A stretch of DNA of 64,000 nucleotides from assembly GCA_051294375.1 (NCBI GenBank), contig CM119271.1:862721-926720 (forward strand), given 5' to 3'. Positions within the stretch are counted from its first letter, which is position 1, and each line of letters opens with the position of its first letter. Source of the DNA: Paraspadella gotoi (lineage: Eukaryota > Animalia > Chaetognatha). Below the pieces are notes generated by a model. That model ran no database searches, had not been told where the DNA came from, and saw only the letters and a program-made list of their open reading frames with translations. Made by a program: the position numbers and the translations under genes. Positions 61,901 through 64,000 of this stretch are shown piece by piece.

Positions 61901-61958
<58 letters not shown>

Positions 61959-62295
61959 TTTTTATCGTCTCTAATAGACTGCTCTTTCCTCGCACATATG
62001 TTTCTCGGTCATGGAAATGGTTTCTCACCTTTTTCCTTTTCACAGTCAAACTCACCTTCCCCCACCAAAGAAGGCAGGGTAAAACGGAGTGCGATCCTCC
62101 ACCTCACCCACGCTTGGCTTCTGAAACTCCTTCGGAACTCTACCATCTTTTTACTTACCGAACTTCACCTGACTCTTTCATGTCCTTTGAAATAACAAAC
62201 CATAAAAAATATTAAAAGAAATTCGTAAATTTCCAGTTTGTTAACTTTGTTTACGTCCTTTCTCCTCCTCCTCCTCCTCCTCCCCCTATATGGAG

Positions 62296-62405
62296 AACCC
62301 GCCCCTAAGGGAATCGCCGCGGCTCTGATCGCCTCTTCCTCCGCTGCTGTTGCAGCGTCTGCAGCTGGCCAGCAGCAAAAAGCAACAGCACGGCAGACGT
62401 TTCAG
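62296..62405 (+). CDS. Putative exon of an unidentified host gene
   Basis: Phase-1 start completes GAA; reads EPAPKGIAAALIASSSAAVAASAAGQQQKATARQTFQ; CAG|GTCAGT donor. The GAG acceptor is weak. Confidence 0.4.
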
Positions 62406-62516
62406 GTCAGTCGGCGGTTGCTGCTGATAATGTACGGGGAAGTTTTGGGCAGCTTTAATTTGATCATTACTGAGAGAGGCAGATTCGGGGAGACTGCGAG
62501 AGTCAAGAACGAGAGA

Positions 62517-62567
<51 letters not shown>

Positions 62568-62769
62568 CGTAGAGCGAAAAAAGAGAAAAGAAAGAGAAAA
62601 AATAAATAAGAAAGAGAGAGAGAGGAAAGGAGAGAGAGAGAGAAATAGAGTAAAAAGTGTATAGAGAGAATAAGAGAGAAAAAGAAAGAAAGAAAAAAAA
62701 AGAGAGGAACAGAGACAGAGACACTTGCCGTACCATTTTGAAACAGAGACTCTTGCCGTACCATTTCAG

Positions 62770-62873
62770 GGCAGCCGAGGACGAGCGGTCACGATTCTTC
62801 GTTGGGCACGCCTGGTTGGAACATCGTGGGAAAAAACTTGGAAACAGAATGACGTTGGGAAGTCAAGAAGGAG
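62770..62873 (+). CDS. Putative exon of an unidentified host gene
   Basis: TTTCAG acceptor and GAG|GTGAGG donor; the frame needs indel correction against the duplicate at ~49041-49143. Confidence 0.33.
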
Positions 62874-64000
62874 GTGAGGAGGGATGGGGGGCAGGAGAGG
62901 GGAGGGAGAGAAGGGAGGGAGAGGAGAAGTTAGGGGAGGAGGAGTAGAGAGGGTGAAAAGGGAGGGGAATTGGGGAGGAGAGGGAGAAGAGGAGCGGGAG
63001 GAGGGGTAGAGAGGGAGAAGGGGGAGAGAGGAGGGAGGGGAGAAGAGGGAGAGAGAAGGGGAGGAGAGGGAGAAGAAGGGAGGGGATAGGGGAGAAGAGG
63101 GAGAGGAGGGGAAGAGAGGGAGAAGGGGGAGGGAGAGAAGGGAGGGGAGAAGAGGGAGAAGAGAAGGGGAGGAGGGTAGAGAGGGAGAAGGGGGAGGGAA
63201 GAGAAGAGGGAGAAGGGGGAGGGAGAGAGGGAGGGGAGCAGGAGAGGAAGAAGAGAGGGGGTGGAGGGAGTAGAAGGGGTAGAAGTACGGACTAAGCTCT
63301 GACGAATCAATAGCCAGAGGTTTTTTTAATATATTCTTATACCGGCCAAGGTAGAATGATAGCAATTGTTAATATTAAGTTTCAAAAAAATCTACCATAA
63401 ATATAGAAAATATCAACCAAAATCTTCGGAAAATCCGACCCCTTGCTTTGGAAGATTTTCGCCATAGAAAGATTTTTACTGAATCTGATCCCGGTTGAAA
63501 ACTCTTAGAATTCCCGATCGTTAGCTGCTCTTTACTTTTAGACTTTAAATAAAAATTTCAACCAAATGGACTAATTCACTTTCCCATGATCGTATCATAT
63601 CAAAATAACCAAATGAAATGTAAAGAAAATTTTGAGAGCCTTCAGACATATAGCTATTGGATTCCTGAATTTGAAGTTTATTGTAAAATCACAACATATG
63701 TTAAATGCGTTGAATTGTATTGAAGTTGAAATCCCTTATTTTATATTAAAAATTGCAGAAAAAATATTTCCCGAACGGACCAGTCCATTTGAAATCTGAT
63801 GGTTTGATGTCAAAATGATGGTTATTTATCAAGAGAAAAAAATGCGAGCCCTTCAGATGCAACAGTGATCGAATCGAGTGTTTTTACATCTATTTTTTAC
63901 CTGAATTTTTCCCAGGGCGTTGACGATTATTTGGTAGTCGAGATTTTAACAAAAATCTCCATGAAAAAGTCTTCCTCGATTTCTAGAACGACGTAGACTC

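Overview
This is AT-rich, (CT/GA)n-rich eukaryotic genomic DNA, probably from an invertebrate animal, and it is dominated by mobile elements. It holds a recent full-length Ty3/gypsy LTR retrotransposon (9355-17638, minus strand) with identical LTRs, a tRNA primer-binding site and a polypurine tract. That element has three oddities: non-TG...CA termini, a candidate catalytically dead OTU-like domain between RNase H and integrase, and D(34)E integrase spacing. The window also contains a hAT-type MITE with an 8-bp TSD, a 5'-truncated Penelope-like element (RT plus GIY-YIG) bracketed by inverted pseudo-LTRs carrying minimal hammerhead ribozymes, a foldback element with ~1 kb inverted arms, a tRNA-derived SINE-like tandem pair, and many mini- and microsatellites. 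A chain of small, mostly phase-compatible plus-strand exons suggests an unidentified host gene. Two large tandem duplications (~4 kb and ~14 kb) flank a 25-N gap and both break inside a telomere-like satellite, so they may be assembly or haplotype artefacts. All alignments and structures were read by eye; no searches were run.
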